Of a stretch of 64,000 nt of DNA, positions 20,975 to 29,558 are shown in pieces (the stretch's first letter is position 1; each line of letters begins with the position of its first letter). Under the pieces are notes generated by a model. That model was not told where the DNA came from, ran no database searches, and saw nothing but the letters and a program-made list of their open reading frames with translations. This stretch comes from a virus, in the IMG/VR virus record IMGVR_UViG_3300047557_003034, positions 13,362 to 77,361 of that record. One strand, given 5' to 3'. Made by a program: the position numbers and the translations under genes.

Positions 20975-21412
20975 ATGATATACTGGTTCACTGGTCAGCC
21001 TGGAGCAGGCAAAACAACTCTCTGCAAAAGTCTCATTCTTCAGTTCTACCCGTCTAAGACAATTCACGTGGATGGTGACGACATAAGAGAGATTTTTGAA
21101 AATAAAGATTACTCGGAAGCAGGTAGAAGAAAAAACGTAGAGCTTGCACAGAACATTGCCTACTTCATGCATAAAAAAGGCTACCTAGTGTTGGTTTCAC
21201 TAGTATCTCCTTATAAAGATCAAAGAGAAGCCTTCAAAGCACGGCTAGGTGACTCAATTAAGGAAATCTACGTACATGCGTTTACAGATAGGGGTAGAAC
21301 GCAGTTTCACGTGGCTAATTACGAGCCTCCTACTGAGAACTACATTGACATAGATACAACAAATGCCACTGAATTTGAGTCGTTAAAACAGCTATTAACA
21401 CAGATAAAATAA
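20975..21412 (+). CDS. cysC: Adenylylsulfate (APS) kinase
   Basis: MIYWFTGQPGAGKTT P-loop, DGDDIR, YS..GR..N, SLVSPY, YEPP; ATG at 20975 follows the sulfotransferase stop. Confidence 0.85.
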   Translation: MIYWFTGQPGAGKTTLCKSLILQFYPSKTIHVDGDDIREIFENKDYSEAGRRKNVELAQNIAYFMHKKGYLVLVSLVSPYKDQREAFKARLGDSIKEIYVHAFTDRGRTQFHVANYEPPTENYIDIDTTNATEFESLKQLLTQIK

Positions 21413-21774
21413 TGATAAAAGAAGCAGAAATAGTTGAAAAAGGTTGGGGACAGGAAGTGGTGTTTGCAAATAGCCAGCAGTATTGTGGTAAAATACTCGT
21501 ATTCAAGGAAGGTGGTACTAGCTCAATGCATTACCACATACAAAAGCAAGAGACTTGGTACGTTACAAAAGGTAAGTTTCTGTACAAGTACATTGATACA
21601 GATACAGCAGATGTACTAGAGGCTGAACTAAATGTCGGAGATGTTGTGACAAATCTAAGAGGAGAACCACATCAGTTAATAGCTCTAGAAGAGAATAGTG
21701 TAATATTCGAAGTGTCAACAGAGCATATAGATGAGGATTCTTACAGAGTATTTAAAGGAGATTCACAACAATGA
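21412..21774 (+). CDS. Cupin-fold sugar isomerase (mannose-6-phosphate isomerase/lyxose isomerase-like)
   Basis: KGWG.E, YCGKIL, SMHYH..K.ETWYV..G, PHQL, EVST cupin motifs. Confidence 0.75.
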   Translation: MIKEAEIVEKGWGQEVVFANSQQYCGKILVFKEGGTSSMHYHIQKQETWYVTKGKFLYKYIDTDTADVLEAELNVGDVVTNLRGEPHQLIALEENSVIFEVSTEHIDEDSYRVFKGDSQQ

Positions 21775-22184
21775 AAGTTTGGGTAAATGGAACATTTGAT
21801 GTTTTACATTTGGGGCATATTAGGTTACTTGAGTATGCTGCCAGTCATGGAGAGGTCAGAGTGGGGGTGGACACAGATGAGAGAGTTAGACAGGCGAAAG
21901 GTCCAACCAGACCCTTTAACATACTTAGAGATAGGATGGCTATGCTATCATCTATCAGGTATGTTAGTAGCGTCGTGTCTTTTGGTACAGATGATGAACT
22001 TGTACAATGTGTTATGGAGTACAAACCTGACATTATGGTAGTTGGCTCAGATTATGAGAACAAGAGGGTTATTGGTCATGAGCATGCGGATGTTTTAATA
22101 TTCTTTCCCAAAATCCAATCGTACAGCACAACTGACATATTAAGGTATGAAACAAATATTAATAATCGGGGATCAGTGTATTGA
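21771..22184 (+). CDS. hldC: Heptose-1-phosphate nucleotidyltransferase (RfaE domain II/HldC-like)
   Basis: NGTFDVLHLGH, KGPTRPFN, KPDIMVVGSDY, YSTT motifs. Confidence 0.8.
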   Translation: MKVWVNGTFDVLHLGHIRLLEYAASHGEVRVGVDTDERVRQAKGPTRPFNILRDRMAMLSSIRYVSSVVSFGTDDELVQCVMEYKPDIMVVGSDYENKRVIGHEHADVLIFFPKIQSYSTTDILRYETNINNRGSVY

Positions 22185-22890
22185 TAAGTTTGTGTACGGA
22201 GAAGCAAAGAGACTAAGTCCTGAAGCTCCTGTACCAGTCTTTACACCTCATAATACAGCAACCAGCAATGGAATGGCTGCAAATGTTGCACGTAATCTAC
22301 GAGCAATGGCTCCCGAATACATGATAACAACTCAACACAATCCGGAAACCATAACTAAGACTAGGTATATCGATCATAAGACAAATCATATGTTTCTTAG
22401 AGTGGATGAAGGAGATACTGTGAAACCACTTGAACTAGATCTAAAACTAAGAGCTTCCATCCCAGAATTTGATGCTGTTGTAGTAAGCGATTATAACAAA
22501 GGATACCTACCACTCAGCGTTATTGAGTACATAGGTAAGAATGCCAAAATGTCTTTCATTGACTCTAAAAAGAAGCTGCCACTAGAAGTTGCTAGTCTTT
22601 ATACTATTGTCAAAATGAACGAACAAGAGTATGAGAGCTATAACGGGTCTCTAGACTCAATCTCAAACAGCCTCATAATCACACTAGGTAGTAAGGGAGC
22701 TAAGTATAAGCACAAAGTATTCAACTCACTGCAGCCAAAAGAAACGATAGATGTGAGTGGTGCTGGAGATACTTTCCTAGCAGCATTCGTATATTGGTAC
22801 CTACAGACAGGATCAATCCAATCAGCAATAGTCCATGCCAATGAAAAAGCCGCTATAGTTGTAACTAAAAAAGGAGTTGCTGTACCATGA
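22147..22890 (+). CDS. hldA: Heptose-7-phosphate kinase (RfaE domain I/HldA, PfkB family)
   Basis: GD..ID.FVYG...RLSPEAPVPV, SDYNKG, DVSGAGDTF. Confidence 0.88.
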   Translation: MKQILIIGDQCIDKFVYGEAKRLSPEAPVPVFTPHNTATSNGMAANVARNLRAMAPEYMITTQHNPETITKTRYIDHKTNHMFLRVDEGDTVKPLELDLKLRASIPEFDAVVVSDYNKGYLPLSVIEYIGKNAKMSFIDSKKKLPLEVASLYTIVKMNEQEYESYNGSLDSISNSLIITLGSKGAKYKHKVFNSLQPKETIDVSGAGDTFLAAFVYWYLQTGSIQSAIVHANEKAAIVVTKKGVAVP

Positions 22891-23699
22891 ATATAGTAGT
22901 GACTGGTCATTTAGGTTTTATTGGTCGTAATCTGAAAGCAGAGCTTGAAAAGAAACACCAAGTCTACGGGATTGAAGTAGATGCCTATGATGATGCAGAC
23001 TGGCAATTTACACTAAAAAACAAACTGGATAGCATAAAACCAACTGCTATTTTTCATGTAGGAGCAATATCAAACACGCTTCATACGGACGTTGAAACCA
23101 TAATGAAACTAAACTGGGAGACAACAACAGTGTTTTCAGACTACTGCAAAGCAGTAAACATTCCACTAATCTACAGCTCAACTGCAGCTATCTACGGAGA
23201 TGGTGAAGGTAAGAAAAACCTATATGCTTGGACTAAGTATGCAGGAGAGAAGTATGTAATAGCAAACAATCAAATAGCTCTCAGGTACTTCAACGTATAC
23301 GGACCTGGAGAGGATAAAAAGAAACGTATGGCATCAGTTGCCTACCAAGCCTTTTTGCACGATATACACGGAACCAAGATCAAGCTGTTCAAAGGAGAAC
23401 CAAAGAGAGACTTCGTATACGTAAAGGATGTAGTGGATGCAAACATATTCGCACTTAAGAATTACTTCAAACTAACTAAGAAACAATATGATGTGGGTGT
23501 TGGTAAAGCGGTTACGTTTGAGTATCTTATGGATATAATGAATCTCAAGTACGCATATCAAGATATATCAGCAATACCAAACAACTATCAATACCATACC
23601 CAAAGTAATCCTGAAAACTGGATGAAGGGTTGGAAACCTAAATACGACGTTGAGAAAGGATTAAATGAATACAAGCAACACTTATGGAATACTATTTAG
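22887..23699 (+). CDS. hldD: ADP-L-glycero-D-manno-heptose 6-epimerase
   Basis: VTG..GFIG, YSSTAAIYG, YxxxK (YAWTK), LRYFNVYGPGE..K..MASV, RDFVYVKDVV. Confidence 0.82.
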   Translation: MNIVVTGHLGFIGRNLKAELEKKHQVYGIEVDAYDDADWQFTLKNKLDSIKPTAIFHVGAISNTLHTDVETIMKLNWETTTVFSDYCKAVNIPLIYSSTAAIYGDGEGKKNLYAWTKYAGEKYVIANNQIALRYFNVYGPGEDKKKRMASVAYQAFLHDIHGTKIKLFKGEPKRDFVYVKDVVDANIFALKNYFKLTKKQYDVGVGKAVTFEYLMDIMNLKYAYQDISAIPNNYQYHTQSNPENWMKGWKPKYDVEKGLNEYKQHLWNTI

Positions 23700-24082
23700 C
23701 AAGAGCAGCTGGAGATTTGCTGACAAAAGGACCTAAATATGCCATGTTCATAGGAAGATGGCAACCATGGCATGCTGGACATAGGTGGCTTATTGATCAA
23801 GCACTTAACAAAGGTAAAAATGTTCTCATCTGCATAAGAGATGTAGAACCTGATGATAAAAATCCTTGGACTGCAAAGCAGATACTTGACAATCTTGCAA
23901 ACGAGCTTAAAGATTTGCTTTTAGAAGGCAGAGTAGTACTGCTTGTGATTCCTGACATAGAGTCTGTCAACATAGGTAGAGGTGTTGGATATGATGTAAT
24001 AGAACATACACCACCCGAAGAAATCAGACAGATATCAGCAACAGCAATCAGGGAAGAAATGAAAAAGGAAGGTAAACTGTGA
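23684..24082 (+). CDS. HIGH-motif (HUP-fold) nucleotidyltransferase, candidate minimal ATP sulfurylase
   Basis: FIGRWQPWHAGH and C-terminal ISATAIR; lies in an operon with APS kinase and a sulfotransferase. Confidence 0.65.
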   Translation: MEYYLARAAGDLLTKGPKYAMFIGRWQPWHAGHRWLIDQALNKGKNVLICIRDVEPDDKNPWTAKQILDNLANELKDLLLEGRVVLLVIPDIESVNIGRGVGYDVIEHTPPEEIRQISATAIREEMKKEGKL

Positions 24083-24291
24083 AGGTAACTGCAAAACGAC
24101 ATATAGCAAAAACAATCAGCTACCGTATTGTAAGTACGTTGATAGGGTTTTTGATAATGTGGTGGGCAACAGGAAGTGTGAAAGTGGGAGCGGCTTTTGG
24201 TGTAGCTGAACTGATCTATAAACCAGTTCAATACTACATTCATGAGAGAGTTTGGTATAAATGGATAAAATTTGGATTAGTGAAAGAGTAG
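24079..24291 (+). CDS. DUF2061-like small membrane protein
   Basis: RHIAKTISYR...YYIHERVW pattern with two hydrophobic segments; GTG start. Confidence 0.75.
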   Translation: MKVTAKRHIAKTISYRIVSTLIGFLIMWWATGSVKVGAAFGVAELIYKPVQYYIHERVWYKWIKFGLVKE

Positions 24292-24336
24292 TTTTTCTGT
24301 AATCTCTTAATATTTATATATAACAAAACAGCAATT

Positions 24337-24594
24337 ATGGGTCCATTTATCTTTATTCTTGCCGTTATCGTAGTAGTTACACTATTAGCAATCGGCGTTC
24401 AGAAGAACAAAAAGAAGCTTGCAGAAGAACACAAGCAACACGAACTACCGAATCCAATCGCACAAGTGCCTACACTTGAGCAACCAGGAGCCGGAGACGA
24501 TGTTGCAGTAGAATGGCCAACTGCACAGCCAGTAGAAGCTCCACAAGAAAAGAAATTAGTAAGAAAGCCAAGAAAACCAAAAGCAGATAAATAA
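24337..24594 (+). CDS. Small N-terminally membrane-anchored protein
   Basis: Hydrophobic N-terminal helix, basic C-terminus, TATTTATA upstream. Confidence 0.6.
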   Translation: MGPFIFILAVIVVVTLLAIGVQKNKKKLAEEHKQHELPNPIAQVPTLEQPGAGDDVAVEWPTAQPVEAPQEKKLVRKPRKPKADK

Positions 24595-24872
24595 TGAGTA
24601 ATCAATTGACACCAGAAGAGTTGCAAGAGTTTCAGAGCTATCGTACTGAAGTTAACAATCTAGCATCCGTATTAGGAGAGCTAACTTACCAAAAAACCTT
24701 GATTGATTTTGAACTTGATTCAGTGAAGGCAAACATCAAAGAGGTTGCACAAAAACAACGTGCACAGCTTCGTGAACTTGGAAACAAATACGGAAACGTA
24801 CTAATCGATTTCGAGACAGGAAAACTCACACCCCAGGAGGTAGACAGCGAGCAATCAGAGTCACAAGAATAA
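24594..24872 (+). CDS. Coiled-coil hypothetical protein
   Basis: 92-aa heptad-rich ORF overlapping the previous stop. Confidence 0.6.
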   Translation: MSNQLTPEELQEFQSYRTEVNNLASVLGELTYQKTLIDFELDSVKANIKEVAQKQRAQLRELGNKYGNVLIDFETGKLTPQEVDSEQSESQE

Positions 24873-24925
24873 ATTTGCTTTTGCCACTTTACACTGCTAT
24901 TTATTAGTAGAAATAAACTATTAAG

Positions 24926-27046
24926 ATGGCAGAAGCATTAATAAGTCCTGGTGTTTTCCTAAGAGAAAACGACCTATCCCAGATAACAGTTGGACCAATT
25001 ACGGTAGGATCAGCATTGATTGGTCCTACTGTTCTTGGTAGAGCTAATGTACCAACCCTAGTAACATCCTACTCTCAGTACAAAGCGAGATTTGGAGCTA
25101 CCTTTATTTCAGGAGGTACCACTTACGAATATCTGACCTCTCAAGCTGCGTACAACTACTTTCAACAAGGTGGTACATCGCTCTTAGTAACAAGAGTCAC
25201 TAGTGGTTCCTATACTCCAGCATCAGCTAGTGTATTAAATAATCTAGGAAGCACAGCTGGTGCTGTGATTAACGACAACAGCGCATCTTTTCAAAACTAC
25301 CCAGCAACTAATACATCAGCCTTTGAGTTGACTGGATCTGGATTAGCTAAGATATTCATCACATCTAGTACTTTTATAGGTAGTGACTCAGCTCCTAACT
25401 ATTTTGTTGCTTCTGGTTCAAGTCAAGCACTTACATCAGCAGCTATAGTATCAAAAATTAACACCCTAACGTCTACGTTAGGAATTGTAGCAACACTGAG
25501 CGGCAATGCTTTCACACTAGCCGCTAACGTTCCAGGTACTGCAGGAAATAGTTACATCTATAGAACTGGTTCCATTACCAGTACTTTTTCTGGTGGACTT
25601 GCTCAAACAGCTAGCTTCGAACTAGAAACTATATCCGTAGGTAACGCAATGAATAACAACTACAACTCAGCAGCAGGTGTAGCAGTTAACGGTGTACTTC
25701 AATCAGGTTCAGCTGATAACATTAGATGGCAGATTACACAAGCTGATACAGCTTCTGGATACTTTACTCTTTTGATCAGGCAAGGTAACGATTACACAGC
25801 TAATCAAAGCGTACTTGAGACTTGGTCTAACATCTCTCTTGATCCAAACCAGAACAACTACATTGAGTATGTAATTGGTAACCAAACTTATCAAGTACTT
25901 ACAGATGAATCTGGTCAAGCTTACTTGCAAGTTACTGGTAGCTATCCAAACGCGTCTAACTACGTTAGAGTTAAAGCAGTAAACTACCCAACACCAAACT
26001 ATCTTAGCCCTACTGGTCAGGCACAACCTCAATACACTGCATCCATTCCTGTAAACGGAAGTGGATCTTACAATGGTTCGTTTGGTGGTGCAAGCGGTCC
26101 TTTATTTGGAGGTCTTGGTGTAGCAGCAGTTAACCTTTACGAATCGATTCCAACAGTAACTTCTACAACTCCTGCAACCAACATTCAGGGTCTTGTAGCA
26201 GCAGATTACAACACAGCAATTAATCTACTTGCAAATACAGATGCATACGTCTACAACGCAATATATGCACCTGGTTTGACTAATCAGAATGCATCAACTC
26301 AAGTAAGTGCTCTACTAGCTACTGTGCAAAATCGTGGTGATGCTATTGCAGTAGTAGACATGGTTGGATACAATCAAACAATCACAGCAGTATCAACTGC
26401 AGCACAATCTTACGATAACTCATACGGTGCAACTTACTGGCCTTGGGTTCAGCTAAGATCAACTGAGACTGGTAGACTTAATTTCGTTCCTGCATCAACA
26501 ATTGTACCTGCAGTTTATGAGTACAATGATAAAGTAGCTGCTGAATGGTTTGCACCAGCAGGTTTAAATCGTGGTGGTCTTCCGACAGTAATTCAACCAG
26601 AAAGAAGGCTAACAGTAGCACAGAGAAACACACTCTATACTGCTAAAGTAAACCCAATAGCAATATTCCCTGGTCAAGGTACAGTAATATACGGTCAGAA
26701 GACTCTACAAGCTAGAGCATCTGCTCTTGATCGTGTGAATGTAAGGCGTCTTTTGATTGCTCTTAAGAGTTACATCGGTCAAATTGCACAAACACTCGTG
26801 TTCGAACAAAACACAGCTGTTACACGTAACAAGTTCTTGTCTCAAGTTAATCCATACCTTGAGTATGTACAACAAAGACAAGGTCTCTATGCATTCAGAG
26901 TAGTAATGGATGACACCAATAACACTCCAGATGTAATTGATAGAAACTTGCTTGTAGGTGCTATTTACTTACAACCAACTAGGACTGCTGAATTTATTCA
27001 ACTTGATTTCAACATCCTACCAACTGGTGTAACATTTGGACAGTAA
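24926..27046 (+). CDS. Contractile tail sheath protein
   Basis: SPGVFLRENDLS N-terminus; YWPW, WFAPAGLNRG, VNPI, GQKTL, RVNVRRL, FEQN, PTRTAEFI. Confidence 0.95.
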   Translation: MAEALISPGVFLRENDLSQITVGPITVGSALIGPTVLGRANVPTLVTSYSQYKARFGATFISGGTTYEYLTSQAAYNYFQQGGTSLLVTRVTSGSYTPASASVLNNLGSTAGAVINDNSASFQNYPATNTSAFELTGSGLAKIFITSSTFIGSDSAPNYFVASGSSQALTSAAIVSKINTLTSTLGIVATLSGNAFTLAANVPGTAGNSYIYRTGSITSTFSGGLAQTASFELETISVGNAMNNNYNSAAGVAVNGVLQSGSADNIRWQITQADTASGYFTLLIRQGNDYTANQSVLETWSNISLDPNQNNYIEYVIGNQTYQVLTDESGQAYLQVTGSYPNASNYVRVKAVNYPTPNYLSPTGQAQPQYTASIPVNGSGSYNGSFGGASGPLFGGLGVAAVNLYESIPTVTSTTPATNIQGLVAADYNTAINLLANTDAYVYNAIYAPGLTNQNASTQVSALLATVQNRGDAIAVVDMVGYNQTITAVSTAAQSYDNSYGATYWPWVQLRSTETGRLNFVPASTIVPAVYEYNDKVAAEWFAPAGLNRGGLPTVIQPERRLTVAQRNTLYTAKVNPIAIFPGQGTVIYGQKTLQARASALDRVNVRRLLIALKSYIGQIAQTLVFEQNTAVTRNKFLSQVNPYLEYVQQRQGLYAFRVVMDDTNNTPDVIDRNLLVGAIYLQPTRTAEFIQLDFNILPTGVTFGQ

Positions 27047-27057
27047 AATAAAAGATA

Positions 27058-27888
27058 ATGAATAAGAATACTATTATACGACTTCACATGCCTAAAAGCC
27101 TTCTCGAGTCTCTCACAAAGCAGATACTTGCAGAAGCTAAGAAAGGTGATATGTCAGGTGGTGCTTATACCGAAGCTGTTAAGATGCCTAAAGCCAAAAA
27201 GATAAAAGAGGAAGCTAGAAAAGGAGTGTTTGATAACTTTGAAGAATGGAAAAAATCCTTCCCTGGAGGTACTGAATTTCAAAGTAAAAATAACTACATG
27301 GTTGCCATGAAAGATGGCGAACAATTAGGCAAGTGGAACCCAATTCAAAAACAGGGTATGCATGCTGACGACTTTCAGTATAAAAACCTCGAAGAGACTA
27401 GGGAAGGAGTTTTTAATAATTTTGAAGAATGGAAAAAATCATTTCCTGGAGGCACCGAGTTTGAAAGTAAAAACAACTACATGGTTGCCATGAAAGATGG
27501 TAAGGAGCTAGGTAAATGGAATCCAATCCAGAAGCAGGGTATGCATACTGGTGACTTTCAATATAAAAACCTCGAAGAAACTGAGCATGGCGGAGAGTAT
27601 AAAGTAGGAGACAAAGTGACATACCTTGGACATCCTGCTGAAATTACGAAGGTACACAAGGATGTCATGGGACGGACCCAATATAGCTTATACTACGACA
27701 AAGGAAACGGCAAAACTAAGGTATCCAATATCATGTCAAATGACGACTCCATAAAGCCAGTAAAAGAAGTAGCTAAGAAGCAACATTCTCTAGAGGAGCT
27801 TATGAAAGTAAAAGAGAAGATAGAAAAGAAGATCATGGAGATGGAATCTTCTAGTAAAAAAGCTGATGACTCAAAACACATGAAGTAA
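27058..27888 (+). CDS. Charged protein with a tandem 61-aa duplication, possible internal head protein
   Basis: Two near-identical GVF.NFEEWKKSFPGGTEF...FQYKNLEE units. Confidence 0.65.
   Translation: MNKNTIIRLHMPKSLLESLTKQILAEAKKGDMSGGAYTEAVKMPKAKKIKEEARKGVFDNFEEWKKSFPGGTEFQSKNNYMVAMKDGEQLGKWNPIQKQGMHADDFQYKNLEETREGVFNNFEEWKKSFPGGTEFESKNNYMVAMKDGKELGKWNPIQKQGMHTGDFQYKNLEETEHGGEYKVGDKVTYLGHPAEITKVHKDVMGRTQYSLYYDKGNGKTKVSNIMSNDDSIKPVKEVAKKQHSLEELMKVKEKIEKKIMEMESSSKKADDSKHMK
27208..27578 (+). repeat. Tandem 183-bp direct repeat (2 copies) within the CDS
   Basis: gaagaatggaaaaaatc at 27241 and 27424; taaaaacctcgaaga ends both copies. Confidence 0.9.
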
Positions 27889-27940
27889 GAGTGAAAAAGC
27901 TGTTATTGTCTATTTATAAAGGAAGAAAAACTACATAAAA

Positions 27941-28426
27941 ATGCCTGTACTCGATCCAAATGAAATTATGTTTACGGCCTTTGAACCAACAGTTCAAAAC
28001 CGTTTCATAATGTATATTGATGGTATTCCATCATTCATGATCAAAAGTGCCACTGCACCAAACGTAAACTTGAACGAGGTTAAACTTGACCACATCAACG
28101 TTTACCGTAAGATCAAAGGTAAAGCTGAGTGGCAGGACATGACACTCAACCTTTATAACCCAATCTCTCCTTCTGGACAACAAGCTTGTATGGAATGGAT
28201 TCGTTTATCACACGAATCTGTTACTGGACGTGATGGATATTCAGACTTCTATAAGAAAGATCTGAATCTATCAATTCTAGGTCCGGTAGGTGATGTAGTA
28301 TCAGAGTGGATAATCAAAGGAGCTTTTGTGAAGACTGCTAACTTTGGTCAGTACGATTGGTCCAATCAAGAAGCGATATCAATCGAACTTGGAATTGGAA
28401 TGGATTATTGTATCCTCAACTACTAA
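27941..28426 (+). CDS. Tail tube protein (T4 gp19-like)
   Basis: FEP...NRF, W..L.HESVTGRDGY.DFYKKD, W...GAF; follows the sheath gene. Confidence 0.9.
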   Translation: MPVLDPNEIMFTAFEPTVQNRFIMYIDGIPSFMIKSATAPNVNLNEVKLDHINVYRKIKGKAEWQDMTLNLYNPISPSGQQACMEWIRLSHESVTGRDGYSDFYKKDLNLSILGPVGDVVSEWIIKGAFVKTANFGQYDWSNQEAISIELGIGMDYCILNY

Positions 28427-28450
28427 GACTTAACACATTATATAAAAATG

Positions 28451-28473
28451 CCCTTCCTATGGAAGGGTTTTTT
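28451..28473 (+). terminator. Rho-independent terminator after the tail tube gene
   Basis: CCCTTCC-tat-GGAAGGG stem followed by TTTTTT. Confidence 0.85.
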
Positions 28474-28509
28474 ATTTTGTATATATTTATAAGTACAAAC
28501 AAATAGATT

Positions 28510-29265
28510 ATGTCAGAAAAGTTTACGTTGCCAACAGAAATCGTTACGCTACCTTCCGAAGGTTTAGTCTACGAATTAGAAAATCCGTTATCAGCGGGTA
28601 CGGTAGAAATGAAGTATATGACAGCAAGAGAAGAGGATATTTTAACAAATGTCAACTTATTACGTCAAGGTCTTGCTATTGAGAAGATGCTTCAATCACT
28701 CATAAAATCACCAATCAAGTACGAAGATTTACTACTAGGAGACAGAAACGGTCTTCTTATAGCAGCGAGAATCCTAGCCTACGGATCTCAGTACTCATTC
28801 TCGTACACAGAAGAAAACTCGGACATACCAGAACAGGTCATGTTTGATCTACAGGAACTTAAGAACAAAGAGATTGATAGGAAGATATTCAACAACAAAA
28901 ACGAATTCTTCTTCGAATTACCAGCCTCCAAGAACAAAGTAAGCTTCAAGCTGCTCACAGTTGGAGATGAAAAGAAGATTGAGCAAGAGATAAAAGGATT
29001 CAAGAAAGCTACAAACCTCACTGCAGGAGAGCTTACAACAAGACTAAAGCACCAAATACTATCAGTAAATGGCGACTATGAGCAAAAGAGTGTAAGAGAC
29101 TTTGTAGACAATTATCTACTTGCAAAAGATTCTAGTGCACTTAGAAGTTACATGCTAACAGTCACACCCGACATAGATTTGCAAATTACTTTCACATTAT
29201 CAAGTGGAAGGGAGGTCACAGAAAGTTTGCCACTAACGGCAGAGTTTTTTTTTCCCGGGACCTGA
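28510..29265 (+). CDS. Tail/baseplate assembly chaperone (T4 gp26-like)
   Basis: LPSEG..Y, MTAREEDILT, GDRN.LLIAARI..YG; lies between tube and tape measure and ends just after a T9 run. Confidence 0.75.
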   Translation: MSEKFTLPTEIVTLPSEGLVYELENPLSAGTVEMKYMTAREEDILTNVNLLRQGLAIEKMLQSLIKSPIKYEDLLLGDRNGLLIAARILAYGSQYSFSYTEENSDIPEQVMFDLQELKNKEIDRKIFNNKNEFFFELPASKNKVSFKLLTVGDEKKIEQEIKGFKKATNLTAGELTTRLKHQILSVNGDYEQKSVRDFVDNYLLAKDSSALRSYMLTVTPDIDLQITFTLSSGREVTESLPLTAEFFFPGT

Positions 29266-29530
29266 GTATAGAGCTGTCTACAAACGAGAGGTATTTGAAC
29301 TGACGTATCACGGTGGTGGTGGATTTTCGTGGTCGGAGGTAATGGATATGCCTATCTCCGAGAGAAGACTCAATATAAAGTTTATCAACGAACACCTCAA
29401 CAAAATGCAGGAAGTGCAAGAAAAGAACCGAATGGTTACTGCAGATAAACCGCTTACAGCAAAGCCAGCAATAAAACCTCCCGTTGAACAGAAGCCAACT
29501 TATACATCGACAGTAAAACCTAGGAAATAG
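29246..29530 (+). CDS. Frameshift-accessed extension of the tail assembly chaperone (G/GT-type)
   Basis: The +1 frame reads FFFPGPEYRAVYKREVFELTYHGGGGFSWSEVMDMPISERR..., with no ATG/GTG/TTG between the stop at 29234-29236 and the ATG at 29342. Confidence 0.65.
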   Translation, partial: FFFPGPEYRAVYKREVFELTYHGGGGFSWSEVMDMPISERRLNIKFINEHLNKMQEVQEKNRMVTADKPLTAKPAIKPPVEQKPTYTSTVKPRK

Positions 29531-29558
29531 CTATTTATTTAGGTAACAACTAACTAAT

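Noticed and set aside
19271-24291. Bacterial LPS locus, implying a host chromosomal origin of the window
   Set aside because: It is flanked by phage fibre and sheath genes in the same orientation and style, and no lipid A/Kdo or other cellular housekeeping context is present
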